Positions 10,233 through 24,208 are shown, counted from the whole stretch's first letter. The stretch: 61,209 nt of DNA, filler included, from Globobulimina sp. (GCA_003354225.1; 12 parts of 12 records of this genome joined end to end with filler, not necessarily neighbours in it), one strand, 5' to 3'. Notes: generated from the sequence alone by a model not told the origin. Translations and numbers: made by a program.

Positions 10233-13200
10233 TAATAATCCAGATGAAATTAAACTGGGAGAAGTCGGCTTTGACTATGAAAAATGCAGTGGCTGTCAGC
10301 TCTGTATTGTCTGTATTGACGCTATTTAGCTTTGCTTCATTTAAAATCATTTCCCTTTCGTTGAACTGTATTTCTTTCAAATATTTCTTTAACTGTTTGA
10401 ACTTTCTTTTTCCTAAACATGTTAAACCCGGATCGTCGTCGCAGATTTGTCGCATTTTGATTTTCTTATAATGGCATTTTGTGCGCAAAACACTTAATAA
10501 ATGTTTCAATACCTTTTCCGGAATGCATTCGTTTTTATTTTTTGTTTTGTAATCTCCAAAAATGGCCATTTCGTCACGTGCAGTGATGTACAAATCCCAT
10601 AAATTGTACCTTTCAGTGCTACTTTTCGCAGCTATCCCAATTTTAAGTCCTTCCTTTTCTTCCTCTGCGGCATCGTGCCTTTGTTTCCGTGTATGATGTT
10701 TTTTGCGTTTGCTTTTTTTGCTTTTCTTATATTTCAGCGCCGGCCTTGGTTGCTGTGGTTGTGGCTGTTGACTTAATGCGTTCTGCTGATAATTGGGAGG
10801 ACTGTTCATTGAATAATTATAAGGGTCAGGATACCCGAACGCATATGCATCGTTATAGTAATTTGGATATAATTGTTTTTTCTTTTTAATATTACGGTCA
10901 ACGTTCATATCAACAGCGGCAGAAATAGGCTTATTATTATATTGCGTGAATGCGGCATAGTTTTGCGATTTTGAGGCAGCATAATTTCGGCCCGCTGCTG
11001 ATTTATAATGATGTCGATTTTCGTGGTAAAACGCTGGTGCTGCGACTGGCGATGCTACGGATGAGCCGTAATGTATTTCTTCTTCGTTGGCATCGTTTGT
11101 ATTCTTATTTTTATTTCCAAGGTAAGCTTGTTGATATAGATTAGGATCAAATAAGGATTTATTATTCTGGTTGTTATCCATTATCACAATATTTTCATTT
11201 AGCTTCAAGGGGTCGATATCTTTAAGCTCCACAATCGGCGGTCTCTCGATGCAGTATGCACTATGAATGAATAAATACTGTAGGCATATTATTGGAATGT
11301 ATGATAAAACGGATACCAAACAACACACAAATATGAAATTGCCATATTCTCCGCCAATGCTGGTCATAATATTCGTTGGTATTAAATATTTGTTATATTC
11401 ATACTCGAAACATAACACAACAAATACTGTTAACACGTACAATAAAACTAAAACGATTCTATGTCCGCAAAATAAATGACTTCCGTCGTATCTCCAAAAC
11501 CAACATGATATCCATGCATCGGATCGCAATTTCAGTATAAATAATTCGTACCATTTTGATAAACAAACCGTAAAATAACATTCATGATACTCTTTAGATC
11601 CAAATATTTCATCTTTTCTGTTAATTATAACGCCTTCATGGTATAATGCAGTATTTAATAATATTTTCATTTCTAAACGTTTGATATCTTTTAATTTCGA
11701 GGATGGCTCATCCACAAAAAGTAATAATGGACGGTCATTATCCGATGAATATTTGCAAAAAATAAATACAATAAATAGGGAAAATATTATTATACTCACA
11801 ACCATAACAATTATATAATATCGATGCGTTGTTAAGACATTAATATCCCACAGATCTATGTCTTGAGTGTGATAATCATTATTTTCAATCTGTGTGTCGT
11901 TGTAATTGACAAACTTTTGCAAATTAAAATCATGCAGTAATTGAATCAATGGATTCAATTTTACATTTTCAATATAAAAACCATAATGGTTCAAAGAGTC
12001 AGTAAACTGAGAAACATTACATTGACAATAAATTAATCCCTCATCAGTATCATGCAGAGTTCTACATAGTTTTTGATCATTTTTCAAGTTATTATCTGTT
12101 AATAGTATAGATTGACATTGCGGAATATTGAAATCATAATCGTTTAATATATCTGCAGTTAATATTGTTTTATTTAATGTGTCTAAATAAATATCAACCA
12201 ATTCATAATCAAAATCAATCTTAAATTCAATCAGTAATAAATTCGTGTCATCGGAACATAAATTATCAACGGTACCGGTCATGTTTGTGTTAATTGGGTT
12301 ATGTATCCATGGCAAACCAATGGTATTTGCAATAGAAAATGAATATAATTCAATCCTTAGTAATTTTGATAATATATATTCGGGTTTGATATTCAAAAGA
12401 ATTGAAAGTAAATCTTGCTTCATTCTAAAACAAAAAACAAAAAATATTTCTATTTATAACAAAAACAATAAAAATTAATCTTAACTCCATAAAGAAACAG
12501 TCAATATTTTGAAACAGCGCAGTTTGATTATTGATTCTGTATTGGATCAATGATTGGAATGAAGTGACTGAAGTTGGCCAATAAATATTGTCATAGCTGC
12601 ATCCAAAACTCGATATATCGTTTAGATTCAAAACATTTCTTTGTGATTTCCAATGGATGGAATTCGTTTGTTGGTCAAATACGATTTCATTATTTTGGAT
12701 GTTGTAACTATTTGCATGGATATTTGACGTTATATTGCTCAAAATATAAATGCATTCCAGTACAAGAGTTGAGTCGATATTATGGTATTCCTTTGAACAT
12801 ACAACATCGATAATGTTATCATAAAAAAATTGAAATTGGCGGTTATTTGTTGCAATGGATGCATAGATGTACCATGTTTTTGTGATATTATTAATGTTTT
12901 CATCCAACACAGCATTATAAAATCGCGATAACAAATTGTGAGACACGTTCAATGCTCGCACTGTATTTTCAAATTAAAAACAAATTAACAGTGAGGATAG
13001 AAAATATATTTGTTAACTTTGGGATATTTTAATTAAATACGATAAGACTTGCAAGTATCGCAAAGGAGAGCCATTATTCATATACAAATTCCAATGATAA
13101 GTGTCTGATATTCCTATTAACGCAGTAAACCAATATTGAACAGATACATTATATCGTAAATCATCAATGTCTGATAAAAACGATGCAATCCACTGATTTG

Positions 13201-15246
13201 CACTTAATTCCTTATCAAACACTTGCTGGGACTGATTTTGTTGTGGATGTACCTGAAATGTGTATATTGTAAACGCATACTGTGAATCATAAATATATGC
13301 AGAAACATTTTGTGCATCGAACGGTAAAAATACATTTGATAAAACATTACTGATTTGCAAATCACATAAATTAATATTATCATTCAATACAAAGGCATAA
13401 AACAATGGGTAATCCAATTCGATATCATTCCATCCATAACACCCAAGTTCGTGCATATTATTTGCATATTTATACTCACAATATCCACCTTTCGGTGCCT
13501 TATTTAATGAATTTGAATAATTATAATCAAAATATATCATTCAGCAGTGATAATATCGAGTTTCACTGTTCGTTAAGCAATGATTTGGTTGCGTGGAATA
13601 TAGATAATACGATGATATCTGTTGATTGGTATAATAGATGGATTACAATGGATTCTTCATTTATTTCCATTGCAGATACATTAGATATAAACTGTTTCAT
13701 TAACGAAAAATCACTCGCGAATACGTGCTTGGTAAATGTATCATATTTCCCATTAAGAATAGCTGAGTCTGTGTGTTGTCGTTTTGATCATAGTGCTGAA
13801 TGAAGAAAGTGATGATATGTGAGGTTATAATGCGGCGATACTGAACCGGCAGTTGTTGTAAATCATAAATTGAGATAAAATGGTCAGAAACGGTTAATTC
13901 CGCAGTCATATTTATTTGGATTATTTTCTTGCTGATAATTGAATTTTGACTAAAGCCGGCAACGTGTATTCCATTCATGGAACGAAAACAATTTATATTT
14001 AAGCGATGACCGCCGGAGGTAATCGCAATGCATTTGAAGTCCCATACATATTCATTCTCGTCATCGTTATAAATTAAATTGAAATCATTATCATATTGTA
14101 ATAAATATAAAGGATGGAAATTAAAGAAAGAATCGACATTTATATATGGATCATACGTATATGGATTAATGTATTCAATTTGAGACTTTATTGGCAGTGG
14201 TTTTGGCATTGGATATTTACATCGAATAAATACATAATCCCATAAACATAGACCATTGTTATTATTGTCACAGACCTCTACACCGAATAAATAATCATTT
14301 GATTGTTTGACTGCAAAGATGGGGAATATTATGGTTGTATTTTCCATTTCGTTTTCGTATTTAAACTCAACTGAATCAGTGCTAAATTTTGTATTAAATT
14401 GGTTGAAATTAAATTGTTTAAATTTGTTGCCGATGATATTTGGTGTAAATACTTGATACCATTTAATAGAAAAATTATTGCGATTTTTATTAGAATGCAT
14501 CGATATTGACAGCGGATAATTGTTCCAATTTGGTTGAATTTGTTGTTTATTTCCATTATCTATAAATATAAAACCTAATGAAGCCGCAGGACAATGACTT
14601 GATGCTATTTGTTGAACATAAATGGTATGAAATATTGTTGTGTTTAAACCAAACCAATTGGAACAAATTAATTTTATTTCCAAATATGAATCAATCAAAT
14701 TTTGCAGATAATAGTTTGGAAAAAATAAGCTTGCTTTGTTTAATGAAATATTCCAATGCGTGGAATTATTAATAAACCATTGATATTTTAATAACCGCGC
14801 CCCATTATTTAATGACTGTTTGGAGACAGAAATTGTTAAATTGAAACATGGATTGATCATTGTTGGGGCTTCAAGTGTTAGATAGGGAGCGTACATGTAA
14901 TTATTTGTTGCTATTGTATCAAGCGCAAAACTTGAGTTATATGCTGGATAAATATATAAGATTTTAGTTGAATACCATATACATTTTGGATTATTATATG
15001 GTGACGATATCGTTTGTAATACATTTGAATTTATAATTGAGTCACATGTTGCATATTGGGTAATATTTAAAGAATTATTAAATCGCATTACGAAAAATAA
15101 GGCAGATGCATCCAATTCCATTGTTGACGGATAAACTATTTCACTGCAGAAGGTCATACGTGTATAGTATAGAAAACACAATAAAAAACAAAAAGCCATG
15201 CTTCAACGAGTGTTCTTACCTAAAAACTGTAAAAAGTAAAAAACAA
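10233..15246 (-). CDS. Polycystin-1-like REJ/GPS multipass receptor, partial at both ends, multi-exon, possibly disrupted at 13541-13702
   Basis: NKAPKGGYC...GWNDIELDYPLFYAF (REJ C-terminal motif), CRTL...IYCQCNVSQFT (GPS-like), then TM helices including HRIVLVLLYVLT. Introns near 15150-15219, 12960-13050 and 12425-12484. Confidence 0.7.
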
Positions 15247-15346
15247 NNNNNNNNNNNNNNNNNNNNNNNNNNNNNNNNNNNNNNNNNNNNTTAATTAATT
15301 AANNNNNNNNNNNNNNNNNNNNNNNNNNNNNNNNNNNNNNNNNNNN

Positions 15347-16851
15347 GCAAGCTGATCCGCAAGGGTGATGCGATGCAACAAGCACCTGCCAACAACCCAA
15401 CTGGAACAACCCACAGATAATATCAACATTGCCAATCCACACAAGCCAATCAAAGCAGCAACATATGAGAATAAACCAATAACGAATGCAATGTAATTTG
15501 CATAATTATTTGCATAAACAGCACAGCACGCAATAGTTAATATTGTCAATACCAAATGTAAATATATTAAATTAATCGATTTATCTTTATTTTCACCAAA
15601 TGGTGACGCAATCCATGGCAATATACATTGATCATCAACTCTGTGTACAATAACAATTGCGACTAAAAATAATATCATCATTGAACATAATGAAAGATAG
15701 ATTTGTTTCAATATTAATGATAAAATATACATAAGTATGGGAATAATATATCCAATCAAAAAATAAATATTATATTTATCTGCTTTGTAATTATATTTGT
15801 ATTGTATCATATTATCATCTCTAGATTTCATTGCTTTAATACAATGAATAATTCTATTCTGATGTCCTATTTTTGTAATTCCAATGTCCTTTAAATCATT
15901 TCTTGTTATGTCATATAAAAATAATACATTATCATATCCATTCATTACAAATAAATCATAATATTCACTCAATTTAATATCATTCACTAAGAATTTTAAT
16001 AATTTATCCTCCGATAATAATGCTTTATTCTCATTATCATTCTCATCCTCATTCTCGTATTTCCCATCAATATCAATATCAATATCTGTAATATGTGTTA
16101 ATTACGATAATTTACGCTCAATGTCATGAAATTTGTTGTCGAATTCATTTAACTTTCGATCAATAATATGTTCATAAGACATATTGTTCCATTGTATAAA
16201 AATATCGTTATCATCGTCGTTTTGGATTTTATCAATTTTATAATAATCTGCACACCGATAATAAACAGTTGCTCCATTGCTATATTTATATCGTATTTGC
16301 AATATTTTAATGTTTATAATAAATGTCAATTGATCATGACTTAATTCATTCATATCCAAATTGCTCGTGTCCCATATATTTGATATACATTCCAATAATA
16401 TACCATCTGTCCATATGATTTGGGTGTCTTTCCATTTGGCCTCTTTGCATTCAAAACTACATAAAAATTCTATACCTTTCCATAAATCAGTTGGTAATTT
16501 TGATATGCATCGTAATAATAATCCTAAACCATAGTGGTTTTTAAATAGTTTAATTTTCCATTGTAATGTTGCAATTTTAAATGTTTCCGATGAAATTATT
16601 ATGCGATCATCTTCATATTTTTCCGTATCGGATATTTGTAATAATTTCTGTATGTCAGGTTGATTTATATTCCACTCAACTGCTCCACAATAAATCATAA
16701 AGTGATCACCAATGTATTCCAATATTACGTCTTTGATATCAATGATATCATCAAGAAAACAACATATTCTCTGTAAATCCTTGCTGAAATTATTCACAAT
16801 GTCTCTTGTTTGCTGATCAATGTATTTGATCTGTTTTGTAATGCAAGACAT
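15347..16851 (-). pseudogene. MATH-like / coiled-coil / SAM / multipass TM gene with one in-frame TAA at 16102-16104, 3'-partial
   Basis: ORFs 16102-16851 and 15295-15987 share a frame and are separated only by that TAA. SAM: KLSEYYDLFVMNGYD...DLKDIGITKIGHQNRII. Confidence 0.65.
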
Positions 16852-17045
16852 GTTGAATTCTTTGAAAATCTCTCAGTGGAAATTAGAAAACGAACCCTTA
16901 ATTATTTGCAACTCCGATAAAATGCATAATTCATTCTAATTATATTCTGTTATTCATAACCGCACAAAAAATCGAGAACACAACACAACACAATTGACAA
17001 TTTACTAGTATATATTTGTTTGGTTTTGATTACTCTCTGTTTAAT

Positions 17046-18005
17046 TCATTTGGCTCCAATTGGTTTCTGGAACAGTCCCCAAGTTTGTGACACATGAAAT
17101 GGACTATTTTTCAAAGGTTCATAATCCTCATAAAATGTGTATGGAGGCCACCAATGTGTTGTAAACAAGGCATCAATGTATTGTTTATGCCCCCAAAAGT
17201 CCATTGTTTTTATTTGAAATCCAGACTGAACCGCTAACATCAACAAACCCATTGGCTCAAAATGTTGATAATGGATTGGTGTCATATGTGGGATATTTAT
17301 GGTTGGTACACTAACATACAAATATCCTCCTTCTCTCAAGTGATGAAACAAATTGTCCATAATCAGCTGTGGGTTATAAAAATGTTCCAAAAACTGTGGT
17401 AATAAGATAACATCCCATTGCTTAAAATCCAAATCCAAAGTATACAAATCACATTTTGCTCGATCAGCCTTAGCATGCAAATTACTGTAATACAGCGACG
17501 TAAAATTTTCACATTTCGGTATCTTATGTGTTTCAGAGAAGAATCCATTGAAATATTGCACTTCGGGATCGACGCCGACGTCAAAGGTTAGCGTGTTTGC
17601 ACATTTTGATGGCAATGTTAGTTGGTATTCTTTGACATATTTGCTGAATGAAGCGGTTTGTATAACTCTGCTGATATCAAATTTAAAGTTGTCTTTGTTT
17701 TTTCCAACGAAATATTTAGGGTCAAATTCTGGTGCTAACCATGTCGCATTCGATATCCATTCATATTGGCTCAGATACTCATCGTTATGCATTTTTTGCC
17801 AAATATATTTGTGAAAAAGTTGCTTAATGAGATTGTCATTGAATGTCCGCGTTTTTTTCTGTGGTTCAATTCGAGATATTGGTGTATTAATTACATTGAA
17901 TTTGAATGCATTGCCGTGTTGTTCCACTATTATTATGCCTATATAGGTTCCGATGAATATAGAAAAAGTGTACGTTAAAATTAAAATTACCCATTCTTTT
18001 TTCAT
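17046..18005 (-). CDS. Class I SAM-dependent methyltransferase with an N-terminal membrane anchor
   Basis: TFDVG (motif I-like) and WDVILLPQFLEHFYNP...LREGGYLYVSVP; hydrophobic N-terminal helix. Confidence 0.82.
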   Translation of the reverse strand: MKKEWVILILTYTFSIFIGTYIGIIIVEQHGNAFKFNVINTPISRIEPQKKTRTFNDNLIKQLFHKYIWQKMHNDEYLSQYEWISNATWLAPEFDPKYFVGKNKDNFKFDISRVIQTASFSKYVKEYQLTLPSKCANTLTFDVGVDPEVQYFNGFFSETHKIPKCENFTSLYYSNLHAKADRAKCDLYTLDLDFKQWDVILLPQFLEHFYNPQLIMDNLFHHLREGGYLYVSVPTINIPHMTPIHYQHFEPMGLLMLAVQSGFQIKTMDFWGHKQYIDALFTTHWWPPYTFYEDYEPLKNSPFHVSQTWGLFQKPIGAK

Positions 18006-18041
18006 GTTTCTTAAAGCTCAGTTAATCGAGTCACTCTAATC

Positions 18042-18733
18042 ATGGCACTAGTTAAGTTATTAATTATTGTAATCTTCCCAATAGTGACTAGAAGCGGTTG
18101 CGAGGATTATGAGGACATTGAATCATGTCAAGGTAATGCACCATGTATATGGCGGCAACGGATTTGTTTTGGTCGGAAAAATTCTTCTATAAAATGGTAC
18201 GAAATATACAGAAAGGTAGAATGTGAATATAATGATGTAAATGTCACAAAACCAATTGCTGTTAAAATAAGTGCATCAAACAATAATTCACATAATAATT
18301 GTTCCGAAATAAGTGCACCTTTTGTTGAAAATGGACGACATTATTATGTGTCATATGGCACATTTGATCATTGTGCATTCAACACAGATTACATAAATGC
18401 AACGTCGATAACTTATATCCATGTATTCTGTGATACAAACGGGTAAAAAATAAAATAACATTCTCTCTCTCTCCGGTTTTGCACAAATAGTTTCTATGTA
18501 TACATAGTGTGTGGGAACGCTGTGAACAATTTGATTATAGATATGGAGTGTATGCAAATGTGAGCAGATACCGTTGTGTATGTGGCCAGTTACAAACAAC
18601 CACAATACCAATAACTGTTAATTACGGCGGCTTATCTCACCACGGTTACTATACATTTAATGAGACAGAGATTAGAATTGATAGAGATTATCCTCTCTGC
18701 GTTCAAACATGGACTTTGCATCTTCATTTATAA
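18042..18733 (+). CDS. Small secreted Cys-rich protein; intron 18443-18507
   Basis: Signal peptide; a 65-nt phase-2 GT..AG intron joins ORFs 18042-18446 and 18509-18733 in frame. Confidence 0.65.
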
Positions 18734-19309
18734 GCTAGTTGCAATTTATTTTGCCGATTGTTTTAGAATTAGATATTTCACCTCATGTTAATTATAAATT
18801 AATGTTTTTAAATTACTGCGGATTTTGTTGTCTACAAATGAAATAATTACTGTTTTTTGCTAAATATTATTCTAAGCGGCCTCCTTTGGGGATCCATACA
18901 ACACCGTACCATAACACAATTTTGTATTATTAAAATAAAACCAAACAGATAAATATATAATATTTATATTTTTTGAAAAATAATTAATAGGAAAACACCT
19001 TGAAACTTTGAACAATTTGAATAAAGGCACAAAAGACATAAAGAACTGAAAAAAAAAATTATTTACATTTATTTTTTTAACATGGAGGGGAGGGAGGGAA
19101 CAGAAAGAATAGCAACCATTCTAACCACACAACAATTTAAATCAAACACAAAAACATGCAAAACAAATATATTAAATAGGTGTGAGGAGAGGTTAACGGT
19201 TAACTTCCCTCACTTTCATAATAATTAATAGCAAGACAAAATAATTAAAGCTAAATTTTGTCGCAAGATAGGATATAATACCTGATAAGAATAAGTATAA
19301 CTGAATTTT

Positions 19310-20360
19310 TTAAGCTTCCTGTAATGTGTTCGAATTCACAACGATATGTACTTTTTCATCATCCGAATCTTTCCCGGTCCCAATAAATCTGTTGTTAACC
19401 AGACTGAACGTCGGAACACCACCATTTGGCGTGGAATATTGTGATCTTGTAAACAATCGTTGTGTTCGTGGTTTGCCCAATTTATAAAATGCATATCCCT
19501 GATACATTTGCAATACAAATAAAACAACGGAAATAATTGGCAATGCAATCTCAAACAATTGCTTCCAATCAATAAACTGCACCGAATATTCATCGTATTT
19601 CAACCATTCACTATACGAATAATCATAAAGATACCACGATTTATTACAATCGCCATCCGCAAATGGATCAAGCCAATCATAGCCAGTCACCATTAATACA
19701 TAATAATACCACACAATAACCGATGTTGTGACTTTTGTCATATAGTGCCAAACCACAGCAAAATAGAACATTTGTGGATAGTTTTCTGTTGAAACAATGT
19801 TCAATTTAAGTTTACGAATAAACAATGCAATGAACACAGGCTGTTCTAAGGCAACCTGCAACATCCAATAATAGGCAATTTTAATTAAAGTCAAATTTAT
19901 AGTCATTTGGATTGTGGTGGTCAGCAAAATTAAAATCAAAATTGTTAATAAATGATGCAAAAATAAATCCCAATTTACATTGAATCTGTAAATCAATTCC
20001 ACGCAAAAATAAATCAGTACTAAATTGATAGCCACTGTCAATCCATACGGATAAGTCACATACGACTCGCCACTCTTAAACTGATTGAAAATTATCTCAC
20101 ATTCGGGATTTATTATATACTCAGTCGCGTTACTCACAATTGCGAATATTAAAAGAGCCAAAATAAGCGTAAAAAATATGGGCGAAAACACATAAATATT
20201 GATCTTACGCCGATCCTTTTCGCTCTGCAGGAATGACAAATATATTCCAGGTGACAGTAATTCCAATGTACGGCCAACGCAATTGAATGCAAACAAAATG
20301 CCTAATAATATCACAATGGCTGGATACAAAGTGATGTACGGCAAATCAAGTAGCCATAGC
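19310..20360 (-). CDS. TLC (TRAM/LAG1/CLN8)-like multipass membrane protein, 5'-partial
   Basis: YFCVELIY...WDLFLHHLLTI...ALEQPVF pattern within multiple TM helices. Confidence 0.6.
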
Positions 20361-20647
20361 NNNNNNNNNNNNNNNNNNNNNNNNNNNNNNNNNNNNNNNN
20401 NNNNTTAATTAATTAANNNNNNNNNNNNNNNNNNNNNNNNNNNNNNNNNNNNNNNNNNNNAAAAACATAATCACAATATACAAAGACATGCACAACAAAC
20501 AGCTGTGATTATGATATGTTTATAGCTATAAATATAATACTCTGACAATTATACAGCTATATTTAGCTTCAATTAATTTATCAAAGGCCTGACTATCGTA
20601 TAACAAACAATTTTACATCAAATCCTCTGTTAAGACTGCAGTATTCA

Positions 20648-21768
20648 ATGGGTTCAATTTTAACGTCCTGCAAAACCTGCAGTTGTCCACGAGAAACAGA
20701 CACAGCTCCTGGACGCAGGAGAATTTCTGCAACCAAAGTTAGAAAAAAATCATCGACAGTCAAAATAACAACGGAATACATGGAAAAAGCAGACGGCACA
20801 TTACTGTTTGGCAAATTATTTGAACCCAAAAATCCGAAAGATGCCAAAGCAATGATATGTCACTGTATTGGTTTTGCGGATCATACAGAATCGCTTTGCC
20901 ATGAAATTGGTGTTGTATACGCAGAAATGGGCTTTGTTCTATTTATGGTTGATTACCAAGGACAAGGTCGATCAGATGGAGATTACCTACACGTTAAAGA
21001 GTTTGATGTTGATATTGTTGATCAAGCAATGTGGGCTTTTGATTACGCAATCAAGAAACATATAAAATCGCACCACATATATGCGGCTACGATACATAAA
21101 AATAATAATTATTTCTTAAGGTATGTAATTATTTCACACCACGTATATGTAATAAGTTAATGTATTTTTTATTTTGAAACATAAACAGTGGAGTTTCGAT
21201 GGGAGGAGCTATTGCTATTAAAATTGCCATGAAATCAGCAATTAATCGTTGGAGAGGATTAGTACTCGTTTGTCCGATGGTGGCAATTAAAGAGGAAGCA
21301 AAACCACACAAAATGGTGGAATGGTGTTTGAAAAATGTCTGTTTACCATTCTGTCCGAAAGCAAAACTTGTTCCGAATTCTTTGACGACGGAGAATCTAA
21401 CAACAGACGAGAAGATAAGAAAAATGATTAACAAAATTCAGATCTGTTCTTCACAAGCCTTGTCATTGACGGTTGGATGGAATTTATTGAATGCAACACA
21501 AAGCATTGAATTAGAAAAAGGTAAATTAACATTGCCATTGTTTATAGGTCATGGCGATGAGGATAAAATGACAGATTGTGCACTGAGTAAAGCATTTTAT
21601 GAAAGTTGTGGATGTAAAGATGAAGATAAAATGATAAAAATATATAAAGGGAAAGGACATATGTTGTATGAGGAAGAACATGCTGTCTTTGAAGATATAG
21701 TGGCATGGATTACGGAGAGGATGTTAATCAATACAAAAGACAGTAATGTGACTTCTTGTATGCTGTAA
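20648..21768 (+). CDS. Monoglyceride lipase / lysophospholipase-like alpha/beta hydrolase; intron 21121-21188
   Basis: DYQGQGRSDG, spliced nucleophile elbow G-V-S-M-G-G, HGDEDKMTD (Asp) and KGHMLY (His). N-terminus MGSILTSCKTC could be acylated. Confidence 0.88.
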
Positions 21769-22098
21769 GTGCTATTAATATTTATTCTATTTATTTAAAC
21801 TTCATAGTTTCATCACGTGCAAATTATTTGTTTTATTTGCCTTTGTACTTTCAAGTAAAGTTAAATTTAATTAACCCAACGATATATTCCAAAAGATAAA
21901 CCCCACCTGTTTGGATAACCCACCCTTTATAAATTTGTTCTGATAATAAAATGTGTACAACTTATATCAATCAATTGAGTGATATAAACGCATTGCATGA
22001 AGCATATTTCAATGGGCAATGAAGCATATAGCGAATGCCGACTCGGCTGTTTGATTACTTTGCTGAATAAAAAGAAAAAAACCTATTTGAATTGAAGC

Positions 22099-23090
22099 AT
22101 GTCGTCGGGATGGATTCGTCTGAAAGGTTCTCCAAATCCAAATACCGGTACCAGCAATATTCAACAAGTTGACAACTTCAATTTTATCGTTGCATCTGAG
22201 TTTGAAGCAAAGGATAAACATTCTGGAGTTTACAATTACAACACAGTACTGAATGAATGGACATTATTTGCAAAATATCCTGATTCAATGTACTGCACAA
22301 AGAACCAAATATGTTATGATAAAACAAGTAAAAATGTCTTCATGATTGGCTATCAAGAAAACTTTATAAAATGCAATGACGAAAAAATGTTTAAAACATT
22401 GAAACAGTACACACAAATATCGTCATTTCAGAACCTCATATTACTAAATAATAAGATCCATATAATTGGTGGAGCTGATCATAATTTTCATTCTGTGTGG
22501 AATCAGAAACAAAATAAATTTAAGAAAATATATAGATTCAACCACTGGAAATATGGCTGTAATGATGGAAGATTAATCCATATAAAATCAAAAGGTTTAT
22601 TGTTATTTTTTGGTGGTTATGATTATGGCGCTTATTTCTCTCGCGATGCCATATGGTGTCATTCCATTGGAACATCAAATGGACAAAATTAAATGTGGCA
22701 ATGCCTTATAAAGTGCATGGTTTTGGCTGTATTCTGAGTTTTGATGAGAAATATGTTGCAATATTTGGAGGGAAATCAGAGAAAGTGGCAGGGAAAAGAT
22801 CTATGGATGAGATTTGGATATTCAATGTCCATCAAATGGTATGGAAATTGAGCAAAATAAAATGTCCGCGCAAGGGAGGATATTTTGCGACTTTAATGAA
22901 AGTGAATGATGAGTTATTGGTGTCTGGCTTTGTGAGAATGAGTGGCGAAATTGGCGATGTTGTTAATCTGCCTCAAGATGTAATGAATACATTATTTAAA
23001 TGGTATTCCAAGGAAATGGCATTTGTTCACTTATTGGCAAAGGACATGTCATCACATTGGAAAATAAATGTTGATGAGCTTTTCATTTGA
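22099..23090 (+). pseudogene. Kelch-repeat protein with a frameshift near 22677-22679
   Basis: IHIIGG, LLFFGGYD and VAIFGG Kelch blades are split over two overlapping frames (...SIGTS / KWTKLNVAMP). Confidence 0.75.
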
Positions 23091-24208
23091 AGTTATTTTT
23101 GAACGTCTGCAATCTTTATAAACTATCAGCTAAAAATAAACATATTTCACAACATGAAGCAAAAACGACATAAAACTAATATTATATTTATAATTACAAA
23201 CACATTGACAACAAAATATAGTTAAAAAAAAAACACGATGTTAAAAATATATATTAAAAAAATAATGCTGTAAAATAATCATTGTGTATCATCAGCGAAA
23301 CACAAAAGTGAATCACTCTTCGTTCAACAACAAAAATATTACACTCAGATACATTGTAAATTAAAAAGGATAAAAGATGATAGTTTTGATTATAAAAAAA
23401 TTTATGAACGTATAACAAATTAAAGCATATGTCCATATCCCATTTGAATTGGTCAGGCATACAAAGTATAGCACCAAATAGCGTGGGCAGCTCATTTTTG
23501 CATAATTAAATATACGATATTGCATATCTTATTAAGTTAAATTAGCACTACTACCATCTCTATGGGGCGAGATCTTGACGAAACTATTAAACCAATGTAT
23601 CAATGACAGGTAATTAATTCTCCTGTGTATAAGACAATATTTATACAAATATAATTTCATGCATCTTCATTTCTTAACTAATATACAATTTGATTATACG
23701 CGAATTGATGGCTTTGAGATAATACAATCCAATAATAATTTCACCTAAAAAAAAGCACAGGATTTTGTTGTTTCAATGTAAGCTGCGACTCGATATAATA
23801 CAGCTTCTAATTTGGTTAAATGAAAACCACAGTTTAAACAGTTGTGAAAATAGGAGGATTAATTGTTTAGAAAAGGGTAAGTTTTGAAGTTTTTTGGTTG
23901 AAGTTTTTCAAAACATTTAAAATATTCATAGTGAATAATACATTATGAAATATGTTTATTTTTAGCTGATACGTTAAAAAATAACTTCAAAAAATAAAAG
24001 AAAAAATCGATCGAGAGGAGCATGTCAATACATTACCTTATTAAAGAGATATAAAATGCAGAGGCAATCTGAATTTAATTGCTAATACTGCCTCAAACAT
24101 CACATACTATTTAACAAAAAACACACAAATATAAAATTTAAAAAAAAACTAACTTAAATTCAATATATAAATATAAATTACATAAGAGATTGAGTATAAA
24201 TCGTATCA

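Noticed and set aside
13541-16104. Stop-codon reassignment (non-standard genetic code)
   Set aside because: The 1300-codon dynein and CHD ORFs have no internal stops, and TAA, TGA and TAG all end genes normally. The in-frame stops are local.
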